Source: Nanobdellota archaeon (GTDB taxonomy: Archaea; Nanobdellota; Nanobdellia; Parvarchaeales; Parvarchaeaceae). From it: DNA of 51,270 bases. Below the pieces are notes generated by a model. It was given only the letters and a program-made list of their open reading frames with translations. It had not been told where the DNA came from and did not search any database. The DNA is taken from the NCBI GenBank assembly GCA_021852265.1, contig JAJZNV010000006.1, positions 1 to 51,270 on the forward strand, read 5' to 3'. Below, in pieces: positions 39,287 to 49,513 of the stretch (within the stretch, counting starts at the first letter, position 1; each line of letters opens with the position of its first letter). The position numbers were made by a program, and so were the translations under genes.

Positions 39287-39801
39287 TGGAAACTGGGAAT
39301 AGAATACCAAAAAATTATTTTGTAACGTCTGGTAAGGGGGAAAGTGACGTAACTGTACATGCGGGTTCATTTGATATGGCATTGATGGAAGCAGGGATAC
39401 ATAATCTCAACATAATAACATACTCTTCAATAATGCCACCGTCCGCAAAGGAGGTCGAAAAACGAGAACTTCCGTTCGGTGCCGTAGCCGAAACTATCAT
39501 GGGCGTTGAGAGCGGTAAGGAAGGGGAACAAGTCACTGCGGGGCTGATTTTCGGATGGGTTTATAAAGATGGCAAAAAACTAGGCGGCCTTGTTGCAGAG
39601 TGCCATGGGAACATGTCGAAGGGAGAAGCAGAGGTAACACTAAAGGAGAGCCTCAATGGAATGTTCACTTCTAGGTTTGGTAATACTGGCGAGGTGCTCA
39701 AGGATACTAGACTCAAAATTGAGAGCTTTGTACCGAAAAAACGCTTCGGTACTGCACTGGTAGCTATAGTTTTTACGACCTATGAACACCCTTTGGTTTA
39801 A
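39286..39801 (+). CDS. pdaD: Pyruvoyl-dependent arginine decarboxylase
   Basis: SFDMAL.EAGI..LNII.YSSIMP (Ser-Ser autocleavage site); ATG overlaps the upstream TAA. Confidence 0.9.
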   Translation: METGNRIPKNYFVTSGKGESDVTVHAGSFDMALMEAGIHNLNIITYSSIMPPSAKEVEKRELPFGAVAETIMGVESGKEGEQVTAGLIFGWVYKDGKKLGGLVAECHGNMSKGEAEVTLKESLNGMFTSRFGNTGEVLKDTRLKIESFVPKKRFGTALVAIVFTTYEHPLV

Positions 39802-39804
39802 GGC

Positions 39805-41706
39805 TCACATTCTTTCTATAGGTATAAGCCCTAACAGTATCATTGCATTGTAAAGAACTATTCTACACGAATCTATAAGCCAAAGCCTAAATGCCACTTT
39901 TTCTTTCTCTGCTTTCAGAACGGGCGTATTAACGTAGAATGAATTGAACTCCAATGCGAAATCAGATATATAATTGGCCATGCCTGCAAGATCCAGAGAC
40001 TTCGCTGAACGTTCCAGCACATCCGGGAACCCTGCTATACCGAGCAGAATCTTTTTCTCCGGTTCAGTTAAATCACCTACTTCAGATGCTTCTTTAGCCA
40101 GGTTCGTCTCAGCAGCCTTTTTTAGTATGCTGCTTATCCTTGCATACGTATATATCAGATACGCTGCACTTTTTTCCTCGAGTTTAAGAGCTTTGTCTAT
40201 ATCAAACACTATTACGTTCTTTGGATCTGCCCTAACCATCTCATAACGCAGTGTCGAAACGGCAAGTTTTTCGGCTATATCATGGCATTCCTTTTCGTCC
40301 AACTTGGCGTTTTTGTTCTTAGTCTGCTCAAACAGTATCCTATGAAGCTGATCCAAAAAATCATCCGCATTTATGTATATCCCTTTCCTTCCACTCATCT
40401 GAAAGACTTCCTTGTCTTCCTGCTCTTCGATGCCTAGTTTTTGCGCTGTATTCTTTGATAGGGCGACGACCTCGTAACCGTAGTGCACATATCTCAGGTC
40501 CTTACCTTTACCAAGTTTCGCTATCGCTTCGGTTACCACATTCTGCTCATAGCTCTGCCGTATATCTATGACGTTTATAGAAGTCTTGACGCCATTGAAA
40601 ATAGGGTGTTTAGATTCCCCCTCCTTGTCTAGCGTAGTGGTCCACAGATCCTGTCCATTTTTTTGTACTTCGAATTTCTTGTACCTAAAGTCGCTGTCTA
40701 ACAGTCCATGTTTCCACATTGCATACGCAATGTCCTTTCCGGCGTATACCACAGTCCCATCAGAACGCACGAGTATCTTATCATCATTATTGTTTGACGA
40801 GTTAAGTCCGAACGTCCAGCAGCCCTTTTTTTTACCATCGGTTTCGAGGCGCACTGCCCCTATCTCTTTTAACTGCCTAAATGCTGTGGCCCAAAACTTA
40901 TACGCAAGAATGTGTGATTCGTAGTTTACAAGGTTATAAAACACGTTTAGCCTATCAAGAGTCTGAAGCTGCGCCTTGAGCACCTCAAGGACCATCTTTC
41001 TTGCATAATGAGCGATATCATTTTCTCCATGTTCTATTGCTTTAAGGACTTCACTCCGTTTCTCCAGCAGTGTAGGATCTTCCTTGTACAGGCTATTTAC
41101 CTTCACATACACTTCATCACCGAGATAATGATCAAACTTTACACCATCCTTTCTCTCCGGGAACCCTAAATATTTCACACCGACGATATTGTCCGCCACC
41201 TGCGCACCCGTATCATCTATGTAATTAGTAACGGTAACATCATAGCCGACGAACCTCAAAAGGCGGGCAAGTGCATCTCCTATAGACGAATTTCTGACGT
41301 GCCCGATGTGCAAAGCTTTGTTTGGGTTTACGCTGGTGTGCTCGATCATTATTCTCTCTCCATTTCCTACCAAGGTTCTGCCATACTCTTTGTCGAGCAT
41401 AGAGCCCAGCTCTTTTGCTATATACTCATAATTATACCAACAATTCACATAGCCGTTTAAGACGCTTGCCTTCTTAATGAAAGGACATTTTTCCAGCTTA
41501 TTTTTTATCTCATTGGCAACCGTTTCTAGGTTTTTACCGCTCTTTTTGCTTTCCCTTAATGCAAGAGTTATTGCGAAATCTCCTTCATAGCCAGGCAGCT
41601 GTTTCTTAAAATTTAATTTTACGTCCTCTACGCTTTGAAGGGACAGCCTCTCCATTATATCTTCAAAAATCCTGCGCATTGGGTTTTTATTGAATCCTAC
41701 TTGCAT
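39805..41706 (-). CDS. argS: Arginine--tRNA ligase
   Basis: EHTSVNPNKALHIGHVRN, RSDGT, MSGRKG, YTYAR, DALR-type C-terminus ending ERM. Confidence 0.96.
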   Translation of the reverse strand: MQVGFNKNPMRRIFEDIMERLSLQSVEDVKLNFKKQLPGYEGDFAITLALRESKKSGKNLETVANEIKNKLEKCPFIKKASVLNGYVNCWYNYEYIAKELGSMLDKEYGRTLVGNGERIMIEHTSVNPNKALHIGHVRNSSIGDALARLLRFVGYDVTVTNYIDDTGAQVADNIVGVKYLGFPERKDGVKFDHYLGDEVYVKVNSLYKEDPTLLEKRSEVLKAIEHGENDIAHYARKMVLEVLKAQLQTLDRLNVFYNLVNYESHILAYKFWATAFRQLKEIGAVRLETDGKKKGCWTFGLNSSNNNDDKILVRSDGTVVYAGKDIAYAMWKHGLLDSDFRYKKFEVQKNGQDLWTTTLDKEGESKHPIFNGVKTSINVIDIRQSYEQNVVTEAIAKLGKGKDLRYVHYGYEVVALSKNTAQKLGIEEQEDKEVFQMSGRKGIYINADDFLDQLHRILFEQTKNKNAKLDEKECHDIAEKLAVSTLRYEMVRADPKNVIVFDIDKALKLEEKSAAYLIYTYARISSILKKAAETNLAKEASEVGDLTEPEKKILLGIAGFPDVLERSAKSLDLAGMANYISDFALEFNSFYVNTPVLKAEKEKVAFRLWLIDSCRIVLYNAMILLGLIPIERM

Positions 41707-41712
41707 AAATCA

Positions 41713-42849
41713 TCATTCCCTGCGCAGTGCACCTGTCATACAGTGCACGCCTCCGTATCCCGCGAGTAATTCATTCACTTCTATCGAAAGCACTTCTACG
41801 CCTGCCGCTTCGTATCTTTTTGCCGCGACGCCGAGTTTATCATTTGTAGGCATTAATATCTTGTTCTCTTTCAGGGCAAGAAAATTTGTTGAAAACCTTT
41901 CCTTCTCTAAGTCTACCTCAAGCACATCAAAACCATTTGCTTTTAGGAAATCAAAAAACTTTGTACTAGTCGTCTTTCTGTATGATTTACCGCCATTGAC
42001 ATAAACAGTGCATTCAGCAGTCCTTAATATCTTCTTATCTCCAACCACAAGATTCGGACCGAGTATATTAAAGTAAGTATCGAGATGCATCGTTTCCTGG
42101 TTTGCGGGCTGAGTTACAACTGCGATTGTTTCGTAGCCGAGCGCTCCGCTTTCCAATAGTTCACTCACACTCTCTTGAGTGTTCCTATAACCGTGACCCA
42201 GAAATGCGATATTGCCGGCTGGAAGAAAGTCTCCTCCTTCCATCGGATTTTTCATGATATGAACCGGTTTAATCCCGAGCGTTGAAAACCCCATTTCTGT
42301 TAATTCTGTTTCACCCATCCTAGCCGGCATTTTCAGGCTTCCTAGCACCAGCCCCTTGTCAGTTACAAACTGCTGGTCCCGCATATAAAACAGGTTTCCG
42401 AAGGGATGCACGTGCAGGAGAGCACTTCTCGCCCTAAAATCCTTCTCTTCTGTTATGCTTAAGAATTCTGGTCTTAACACTGCCATCATCCAAAGGGTAT
42501 CCAGAGGATAGCCGCTTATGACAGTACGTATATTTTTAGACCACTTTGGGTCTGCGGCATATCGTGATTTTTTGTATAAGGATTCTATTTTGTCTTGGAT
42601 ATAATTTCTAAATCCTGTATTTTCTTTTACAAGATCGCTTAATTCATACACTTTAACTCCCTCCTTTCGCAGAGTGTCTTTTAGTAGTAGGTGTTCTTCT
42701 TGGGCTTTGCTTAATTTTATAACGTCATCATAAAGATTTTCTATGGGAGATATCTGAGCGTATGCAACCTCTGATGAGGGAGTATAGAGAACTGCATGCG
42801 TAAGCCGGGCCCATTCAGCAACCTGCTGGGCTATCACTTTTTCTGCCAT
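41713..42849 (-). CDS. arcA: Arginine deiminase
   Basis: NLFYMRD, EGGD, MHLDT, GGVHCMT (Cys-His-Asp triad). Confidence 0.88.
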   Translation of the reverse strand: MAEKVIAQQVAEWARLTHAVLYTPSSEVAYAQISPIENLYDDVIKLSKAQEEHLLLKDTLRKEGVKVYELSDLVKENTGFRNYIQDKIESLYKKSRYAADPKWSKNIRTVISGYPLDTLWMMAVLRPEFLSITEEKDFRARSALLHVHPFGNLFYMRDQQFVTDKGLVLGSLKMPARMGETELTEMGFSTLGIKPVHIMKNPMEGGDFLPAGNIAFLGHGYRNTQESVSELLESGALGYETIAVVTQPANQETMHLDTYFNILGPNLVVGDKKILRTAECTVYVNGGKSYRKTTSTKFFDFLKANGFDVLEVDLEKERFSTNFLALKENKILMPTNDKLGVAAKRYEAAGVEVLSIEVNELLAGYGGVHCMTGALRRE

Positions 42850-42972
42850 TATTAAGCTTAGTTATCAACAATTTAATACTTTTCGTCAGTTTAGGCGCCG
42901 ATTTCCTAGCCACGCTGTCGGCTTTAGGTTACTATAAGCATAAATAGTAGTTCGTGGTAATTTCACTGTGAT

Positions 42973-44307
42973 ATGAAAGAATTTGAATCTTTTGGTCTGA
43001 AACCAGAGCTTTTGCTTTCCCTAAAGAAGATGGGTTTTGTTAACTCAACGGATGTACAAGAAGCAGCGATACCGTTAGCATTAACCGGCAAAGATATAGT
43101 TGTAAGGGCAAAGACGGGCACCGGAAAAACGGGTGCCTTCCTTATCCCAATCATAAATAGAGTAAGTAAGGCAGATTACGATGCAGCGTTAATAATAACC
43201 CCGACCCGTGAGCTTGCACTGCAGGTAACAGACGTCGCCAAGCAGATGTGCAAGGATTCTGACCTCCGTATAGTCACTGTGTACGGCGGTGCATCAATGA
43301 ATGTGCAGATAAATGAACTTAGGCGCAGGGTAAACATAATAGTTGGTACTCCCGGTAGGCTGATAGATCTTATGAAGCAACGCGAGCTTAGAACAGAGGG
43401 CATAAAATTTCTTGTGCTTGATGAGGCAGATACTATGTTTGATATGGGTTTTATTGAGGATATAGAATACATAATTTCACAACTCCCGAAAAACAGGCAG
43501 ACGATGCTGTTCTCCGCGACTATGCCTTCGATGATAGTTTCGATAGCAAAAAAACACATGAAAGATGCAACAAGAATCAATGTTGGTAAAGAAGAGGAAA
43601 TAACAGTAAATACAATAACACACTCTTATGCATTCGCCTCCGGCCGCCAGAAATTCTCAGTTTTATTGGCGTACATAAACCAATATCACCCGAAAAAGGC
43701 GATAATATTCTCTGCAACGCAACGTGGCGCAGATATGCTATACAGATTATTAAAGAACAACAATTTCGATGCGACGATAATGCATGGAGGGCTAAGCCAG
43801 GCACGGCGAGAGTATTCATTATCAGACTTTAGGAAAGGAACACAATTCCTTATAGCCACGAATGTGGCTGCACGCGGGCTAGATATAACTGATGTTTCGG
43901 ATGTAATAAATTTCGATGTAAGCGAGGATCCAGCGGTCTATGTACACCGTGTTGGTAGATCTGCACGTATGGGTGCTGAGGGAAGAGCATTTAGTATATT
44001 CCCCTCTAGGGATAGATACCTCATAGAAGAGATAGAGAACGCTGCTAAAGTTAAAATGAACCTGCTTGAACTTGATACCTCTGCATATAAGGAAGCAGAG
44101 AACCTTCCAGAGCCGTCATATGAGAATAGAGGAGGGTTTAGGAGAGGTGGCGGTCAGAAATTTTATGGGCACGGTCCAAGACGATTCGGTGAAGGAGATC
44201 GACGAAACCAACACAATAGATTTGAAAAAGGTGGATTTTCAAGACATCACCCGAAAAAACGATTCGGACAGTCTCAGTCTCGTGGATTTTTTAATTCTAA
44301 CAACTAA
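42973..44307 (+). CDS. DEAD-box RNA helicase with Arg/Gly-rich tail
   Basis: Q motif, AKTGTGKT, PTRELA, TPGR, DEAD, SAT, ARGLD, HRVGRSAR. Confidence 0.96.
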   Translation: MKEFESFGLKPELLLSLKKMGFVNSTDVQEAAIPLALTGKDIVVRAKTGTGKTGAFLIPIINRVSKADYDAALIITPTRELALQVTDVAKQMCKDSDLRIVTVYGGASMNVQINELRRRVNIIVGTPGRLIDLMKQRELRTEGIKFLVLDEADTMFDMGFIEDIEYIISQLPKNRQTMLFSATMPSMIVSIAKKHMKDATRINVGKEEEITVNTITHSYAFASGRQKFSVLLAYINQYHPKKAIIFSATQRGADMLYRLLKNNNFDATIMHGGLSQARREYSLSDFRKGTQFLIATNVAARGLDITDVSDVINFDVSEDPAVYVHRVGRSARMGAEGRAFSIFPSRDRYLIEEIENAAKVKMNLLELDTSAYKEAENLPEPSYENRGGFRRGGGQKFYGHGPRRFGEGDRRNQHNRFEKGGFSRHHPKKRFGQSQSRGFFNSNN

Positions 44308-44354
44308 ATAGATACTATGGCCAACGTAGCATATCAAAAGGGTTCTATCTAACT

Positions 44355-45080
44355 ATGAGAACCAGCTTTTTACTAGTCGCGGTCGTAGTGATTTCTGCAC
44401 TGTTGGCACTGGACCCAATAAAACTGCTGTCGCTTTCTGATGCTAGTATGTTTTTCATGGTGATAGGTGTTACATACGGTGTAGTGTCTGCATTCGCAAT
44501 AAATGACGTTGATAAATCTTTAGACCAGTTGCGTGATTCTTTTGGTAGAGAGGCAAGTGCACTAAAATCAATATACCTGCTGGCCAAGCGAATTTCGGAC
44601 AACGCCGCGTTCAGGAAGATACAGCTCGCTATGCTCGACTACTGCAGAGAAACGATTGACCTCGACCTCAGTGCATATGAGAAAGATTCCAGTGCGCATC
44701 TAAAATTCCATTCGCTTCTTGGGCAGATATCCTCGATAAAAATAAAAAACCGTAGGGACGATGCATTTTTTAGTTCAATAATCGAAGAAGCAAAAATAGC
44801 ATCAAACTCCAGAGATGAGCAGATAATACTTACAAAAGACAGGCTGCCAAAAATACAGTGGGTCTTGGAGGTATTCCTCTCAATGATACTAATCATCATA
44901 CTCACTATTGTAGTGCTTCCTGATGGGGCGGTATCAACTGTTGTAGAGTTTTTAATGCTGTCTGCGATACTTCTTACGCTTGTAGTCATCTATGAACTCG
45001 ATTCAATGAACGATTTTGAGGATGAGATATCCAACGAACCGTACAGAAAATTAATTGCTCTCATCGAAAAAGGGGTTTAA
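44355..45080 (+). CDS. DUF4239/bestrophin-like membrane protein
   Basis: IGVTYGVVSAF, EASAL, second TM hairpin, ISNEPY. Confidence 0.65.
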   Translation: MRTSFLLVAVVVISALLALDPIKLLSLSDASMFFMVIGVTYGVVSAFAINDVDKSLDQLRDSFGREASALKSIYLLAKRISDNAAFRKIQLAMLDYCRETIDLDLSAYEKDSSAHLKFHSLLGQISSIKIKNRRDDAFFSSIIEEAKIASNSRDEQIILTKDRLPKIQWVLEVFLSMILIIILTIVVLPDGAVSTVVEFLMLSAILLTLVVIYELDSMNDFEDEISNEPYRKLIALIEKGV

Positions 45081-45095
45081 CAAATTTTAGATTAT

Positions 45096-45554
45096 TCAGT
45101 TTAAAAACTCCCATCCTGCATTGACAAGCGTAACAATAAGAAGATTTATCGCCAGTCCCAATACGCTTAATATTATGAATGCAGAGGGAATTATTGCAAA
45201 ATTAAGCACGAGAAACGGAAGTAATCCAAGTCCGATCACCAGCATTGCAAGATTACAAACCATCGTTACCGTGACCAGCAGGACGGCTAGGAATCCACCA
45301 TAAAGTTTGCCATCCCAAATCATAATTGCATCAACTATGTAAAATACGGATATTATAATGGCGAACACTGCAACTACCTGACTAGCTATAGTGAGGCTAT
45401 CATTATTTAGCATACCCCCTGCGAATATGAGAGTTATAGTTGAAAGCACTATCCAGAACACTCCATACCCGAACAGCGCGATGCCGGCAAATTCAAGCCT
45501 TTTATCAATGTGCTTAAAAACGCCCTTCCTCGACATACCTAATAGTATCCTCAT
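45096..45554 (-). CDS. Four-TM hypothetical membrane protein
   Basis: Four hydrophobic segments. Confidence 0.6.
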   Translation of the reverse strand: MRILLGMSRKGVFKHIDKRLEFAGIALFGYGVFWIVLSTITLIFAGGMLNNDSLTIASQVVAVFAIIISVFYIVDAIMIWDGKLYGGFLAVLLVTVTMVCNLAMLVIGLGLLPFLVLNFAIIPSAFIILSVLGLAINLLIVTLVNAGWEFLN

Positions 45555-45618
45555 ATCATTAATAACCTTAACTTGTCTTTTGTGGTATCTTGTATTAACG
45601 GGGGTTGGCAGAGAATGA

Positions 45619-46251
45619 TCAGGTATTTACTTTGATTATCTCCAATAATTCTTCAAGGTTGCTTATTGTATAATCTGATCCACAGTCAAGGTCTCCTTCT
45701 CTCCGTATCAGGACACTCTTTATTTTTGCCGCTTTCGCCGCTGTTATATCGTGCCTACTGTCACCAACAGCAAGCCCCTCCTCGACTTTTACGCCCATCA
45801 ACTCAAATGCCTTCAAAAATACGTCGGGTGCAGGTTTACCCGCCTTTACACTGTCAGAACTGACCCATTCATCTATAAGATCCGAAAGGCCTGTCTTTTG
45901 AAGAAATGCCGGTAACAGCTCTCCTCCGAGCCCGGTTGCTATGCTTAGTTTTATACCCAAAGATCTTAATTTTTTTAAGACGGATTTTGTTTCCGGAAAA
46001 GGCGTTATGGTGTGGAGATTCTTGAGGACCGCATCCTTTCGTATTCGTCTTATATCAATTACATCCTGTTCCGTTGGAGACTTTAGGAAAGCTTTTACCA
46101 TGTCTTTAACGGAGATCCCTCCGAACTTCTTGAGTTCCTCTGCCGTTATTTTTACCTTTTTTTCAGCGAATGCAGCTATTTCTCCAGCTATTAGGCTATC
46201 CTGACTGTCAATCAGCGTTCCATCCATATCAAACGCTATTCCTTTTATCAT
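45619..46251 (-). CDS. HAD-superfamily phosphatase (beta-PGM/Gph-like)
   Basis: FDMDGTLIDS, IAT, KPAPD, VGDSRHD. Confidence 0.92.
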   Translation of the reverse strand: MIKGIAFDMDGTLIDSQDSLIAGEIAAFAEKKVKITAEELKKFGGISVKDMVKAFLKSPTEQDVIDIRRIRKDAVLKNLHTITPFPETKSVLKKLRSLGIKLSIATGLGGELLPAFLQKTGLSDLIDEWVSSDSVKAGKPAPDVFLKAFELMGVKVEEGLAVGDSRHDITAAKAAKIKSVLIRREGDLDCGSDYTISNLEELLEIIKVNT

Positions 46252-46460
46252 AGTCTTTTTTAATACCGTTGCGGTGACTGAAGATTCGCTTTTCCAGCCA
46301 TTTGTATTCCTTATTTTGCTTTACTGTCCAAATTTATTTGCAGCCAGCATATTATTTATTCCAACCCAAGTATTTATTATTTCGCGGTTCGCTTTCATCT
46401 CCTACCCAAAGGATAGGGTTTTCTGCTCACATTTATAAAAACATAACTCCAAGTAATAAG

Positions 46461-47477
46461 ATGCAGGATTTATCAAGATTCGAATTGGTAAAAAGGAACA
46501 CGGCAGAAGTGATAACTGATGAGGAGCTCAAATCTCTCTTATTAATCAAAAAAACGCCAGCTGCATACATCGGCAGGGCGACCACCGGTCCGCTTCATCT
46601 AGGACACCTGATAGCACTTGGAAAAATATTCGATTTCCAGAGGGCAGGAATAGACGTAAAAATACTGCTTGCAGATATACATGCTGCACTTGATGATCTA
46701 AAAGCAAAATGGGAAGACCTTGACAAACGGGCCGAATACACTCAAAAATGTATAGAATTGTCATTTGACTGGCCTTCAAAAATAACATTTATAAGAGGCT
46801 CGGATTTCCAGTTAAAACATGATTATGTCCTGGATATGCTTAAGGCTTCCACAGGTACAACAGTTGAGAGGGCTACGCGAGCCGCTTCTGAGGTAACAAG
46901 GATGAAGAATCCAAAGGTCAGTGAGCTTATTTATCCGCTCATGCAATCCTTGGATGAGCAATACCTCGATGTAGACATCCAACTCGGCGGCTTAGACCAG
47001 AGGCACATACTCGCATTCGCAAGGGAAATCCTCCCGCGTTTGGGATACGCAAAGCGCGTAGAGATCATGACACCATTAGTATCCTCCCTTAATGGACCGG
47101 GAACCAAAATGAGCTCTTCAATCCCCTCAAGTCATATAAAGGTCTACGAATCGCGTGAATCCATAAAGAAGAAAATAGACGCTGCTTATTGCCCTGCAGG
47201 AGTGGTAGAGGACAATACTGTGCTCCAGATAGCCAAATTCCTGATATTTCCTGCAGAGAATAAAATGATAATAGAACGAGAACCAAAGTTCGGCGGAGAC
47301 GTAGAAATCGACTCCCCCGAGCACTTGGAAAGTCTATTCAAGGATAAGAAACTGCACCCAACCGACCTGAAGAATGCTGTGGCAGATTACCTCGGAAGCA
47401 GATTCACAAAAGCCAGAGAATACTTTGAAAAGCATAAGGACATGCTAGAGGCGCTTGGACCTGAATTTTCGGCTTAG
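46461..47477 (+). CDS. tyrS: Tyrosine--tRNA ligase (archaeal type)
   Basis: HLGH, ADIHA, YPLMQ, GGLDQR, KMSSS, AYCP, LHPTDLK; start reassigned to ATG 46461. Confidence 0.96.
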   Translation: MQDLSRFELVKRNTAEVITDEELKSLLLIKKTPAAYIGRATTGPLHLGHLIALGKIFDFQRAGIDVKILLADIHAALDDLKAKWEDLDKRAEYTQKCIELSFDWPSKITFIRGSDFQLKHDYVLDMLKASTGTTVERATRAASEVTRMKNPKVSELIYPLMQSLDEQYLDVDIQLGGLDQRHILAFAREILPRLGYAKRVEIMTPLVSSLNGPGTKMSSSIPSSHIKVYESRESIKKKIDAAYCPAGVVEDNTVLQIAKFLIFPAENKMIIEREPKFGGDVEIDSPEHLESLFKDKKLHPTDLKNAVADYLGSRFTKAREYFEKHKDMLEALGPEFSA

Positions 47478-47535
47478 ATAATAGTAAAAAATGCTTCGAT
47501 TAAGCTATTTATTCTAAAATAATATTAAGACAAAT

Positions 47536-47730
47536 ATGAAAAAGAAACAGCCAAAAGCGGTTAAAAAGAAGAAAACTGCCCCCAATGGCTTCGAAGCAGA
47601 AGAAGACATTGAAGAGAAAGGGGAGATTAAGGATTTAACACACGAAGCAGAAGAAGAGGAAAAAGAAGAGAGTGAATTCGAAGAAGATGAAGATGAATCT
47701 CAGCAAAGTACTGAGGAAGACGAATTCTAG
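47536..47730 (+). CDS. Small bipolar protein: Lys-rich N-terminus, Glu/Asp-rich remainder
   Basis: 64 aa; MKKKQPKAVKKKK followed by an acidic tract. Confidence 0.6.
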   Translation: MKKKQPKAVKKKKTAPNGFEAEEDIEEKGEIKDLTHEAEEEEKEESEFEEDEDESQQSTEEDEF

Positions 47731-47776
47731 AACGCCTCGTAATCTGATTTGATGCGGTTCCGATATAGTTCTGGGT

Positions 47777-48436
47777 ATGAATAAATTTATTTTATTGCAG
47801 CCGGAAAAAGCGAAGGCGGCTATCAAGATCCTGGAGGATACCTATCCAAATCAAAAATATTATCTTGATTTTTCAACGCCCCTGGAGCTGCTTGTGGCAG
47901 CTATTCTGTCAGCACAGACGCGTGATGTTGTCGTTAATTCAATAACACCCGCACTTTTCAATGATTATAAGACTGCAAAGGATTACGCCGGTGCCGGTGA
48001 ATCCGATTTGCTGAAGTATATCTCCAAAGTCACATTCGCAGGTAATAAAGTCAAAAATATAATAAAAGCTTGTTCTATGATAGAGGATGATTATGACGGT
48101 AAGGTACCAAACAGCATCGAATCTTTAGTTAAACTTCCCGGTGTTGGCAGAAAAACTGCCAATACTGTTCTGATAAACGCTTATGGGATAGTCGAAGGAA
48201 TCCCGGTGGATACGTGGGTAATAAAGCTAGCTAGCAGGATAGGTCTAAGCAAGAGCCAAAAACCAGACGAAATAGAGCGGGACCTTATGGGTCTAGTAGC
48301 TAAGCCGTATTGGAAAACGATTGCATACGTACTGAAAGCCCACGGCCACAAAATATGCCATTCTGCGCGCCCTCTCTGTAGCATCTGCGTGCTTAATAAA
48401 CTATGCCCAAAAAATGGTGTCTCAAAATCACTGTAG
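47777..48436 (+). CDS. nth: Endonuclease III
   Basis: LSAQ, HhH LPGVGRKTA, VDT, C-x6-C-x2-C-x5-C 4Fe-4S motif. Confidence 0.95.
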   Translation: MNKFILLQPEKAKAAIKILEDTYPNQKYYLDFSTPLELLVAAILSAQTRDVVVNSITPALFNDYKTAKDYAGAGESDLLKYISKVTFAGNKVKNIIKACSMIEDDYDGKVPNSIESLVKLPGVGRKTANTVLINAYGIVEGIPVDTWVIKLASRIGLSKSQKPDEIERDLMGLVAKPYWKTIAYVLKAHGHKICHSARPLCSICVLNKLCPKNGVSKSL

Positions 48437-48499
48437 TTTCTATGTGATTGGCAATCGGTGAACTCTTCAAACCGGAAAAGTGGTGTAGGTAGTATATGC

Positions 48500-48811
48500 T
48501 TATTGCAGGTTTACCAGCAAGTCTTCCCCTTCTACTTTGACTTCAAAGGTCTTGAGAGGTGTTTTTGCAGGGCCCTCAACAACACTTCCTGTTTTAATAT
48601 CGAATTTTGAACCATGCCAAGGACATGTAATGATATTGTCACTAAGCTTACCATTTGAAAGCGGACCGCCGACATGCGTGCATTTCTCATCTGTCGCATA
48701 GAACTTGCCCCCGAAACGAGATATCAAAATTGTCTTTCCAGAGATCTGAAAACTCTTCATTTGCTTATCTTTAATATCCGATACTTTTCCAACCTTTACA
48801 AAATTTGCCAT
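48500..48811 (-). CDS. Rieske-type [2Fe-2S] ferredoxin
   Basis: CTH...CPWHGSKFD, GPA. Confidence 0.93.
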   Translation of the reverse strand: MANFVKVGKVSDIKDKQMKSFQISGKTILISRFGGKFYATDEKCTHVGGPLSNGKLSDNIITCPWHGSKFDIKTGSVVEGPAKTPLKTFEVKVEGEDLLVNLQ

Positions 48812-48890
48812 GTCATTTGAAATCGGGTGATAAATTTAAAGTTATCCAGAGATTCGCACTTTATTTATATAAAATGTGCGTAATCTGCAT

Positions 48891-49511
48891 ATGACAAGGC
48901 AGGTTTCAGCGTTATATAAAACTCTTGATGAACATAAGCCCGAGGACATCATCAAATCACTATTCGAGTCCTCTTACAATGAGCTTCTAAGTATAAAACC
49001 CAAGTCCAGCCTGCTGAAGGCTCTGAATAAGAGAATAACAGCGTTGATTGAACCAATAAATAAAAATCTTGAACCACCAAAGTTGGTGATGGAGCTGGAA
49101 CGTATTATCTCAGATAAACTGAGGATTGGAGAGGACGTTAATTTTGGCGTCGACTTTGCGCTTGGTGGAGAAGGAGACTGCGTCGTATTTGCGGATATCT
49201 TCTTTTCGGCGCTCTATGTCATGAAACGCTATGATGTGCTCGATAAACTTAGGGTACATTACAATCATAATGGCACCCATGTATGGCTTTCATACAGAGA
49301 CATAAAAGGGACAATTAAAATAAACGATGCATATTTTTCTCCTAAGCGAACAGGAAGGCTTCCGCTTTTATTATCATACAATCTTAATAATCTGGGTGTA
49401 ACGCTTGAGAATATGGGAAAGCTTAGAGCTGCACGTTCGGCTTATAAGACAGCTATAGAACTGGCTCCTTACTCTGAGCTCCCAAGGTTGAACCTGGAGG
49501 ACTCGTATTAG
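48891..49511 (+). CDS. Transglutaminase-like domain + single TPR protein
   Basis: GEGDC..FA, HVW, downstream Asp; C-terminal NNLG......G....A...Y..A.ELAP TPR. Confidence 0.6.
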   Translation: MTRQVSALYKTLDEHKPEDIIKSLFESSYNELLSIKPKSSLLKALNKRITALIEPINKNLEPPKLVMELERIISDKLRIGEDVNFGVDFALGGEGDCVVFADIFFSALYVMKRYDVLDKLRVHYNHNGTHVWLSYRDIKGTIKINDAYFSPKRTGRLPLLLSYNLNNLGVTLENMGKLRAARSAYKTAIELAPYSELPRLNLEDSY

Positions 49512-49513
49512 CT

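Noticed and set aside
46302-46460. 53-aa N-terminal extension of TyrRS
   Set aside because: TTG start spans the promoter; homology begins at MQDLSRF (46461)
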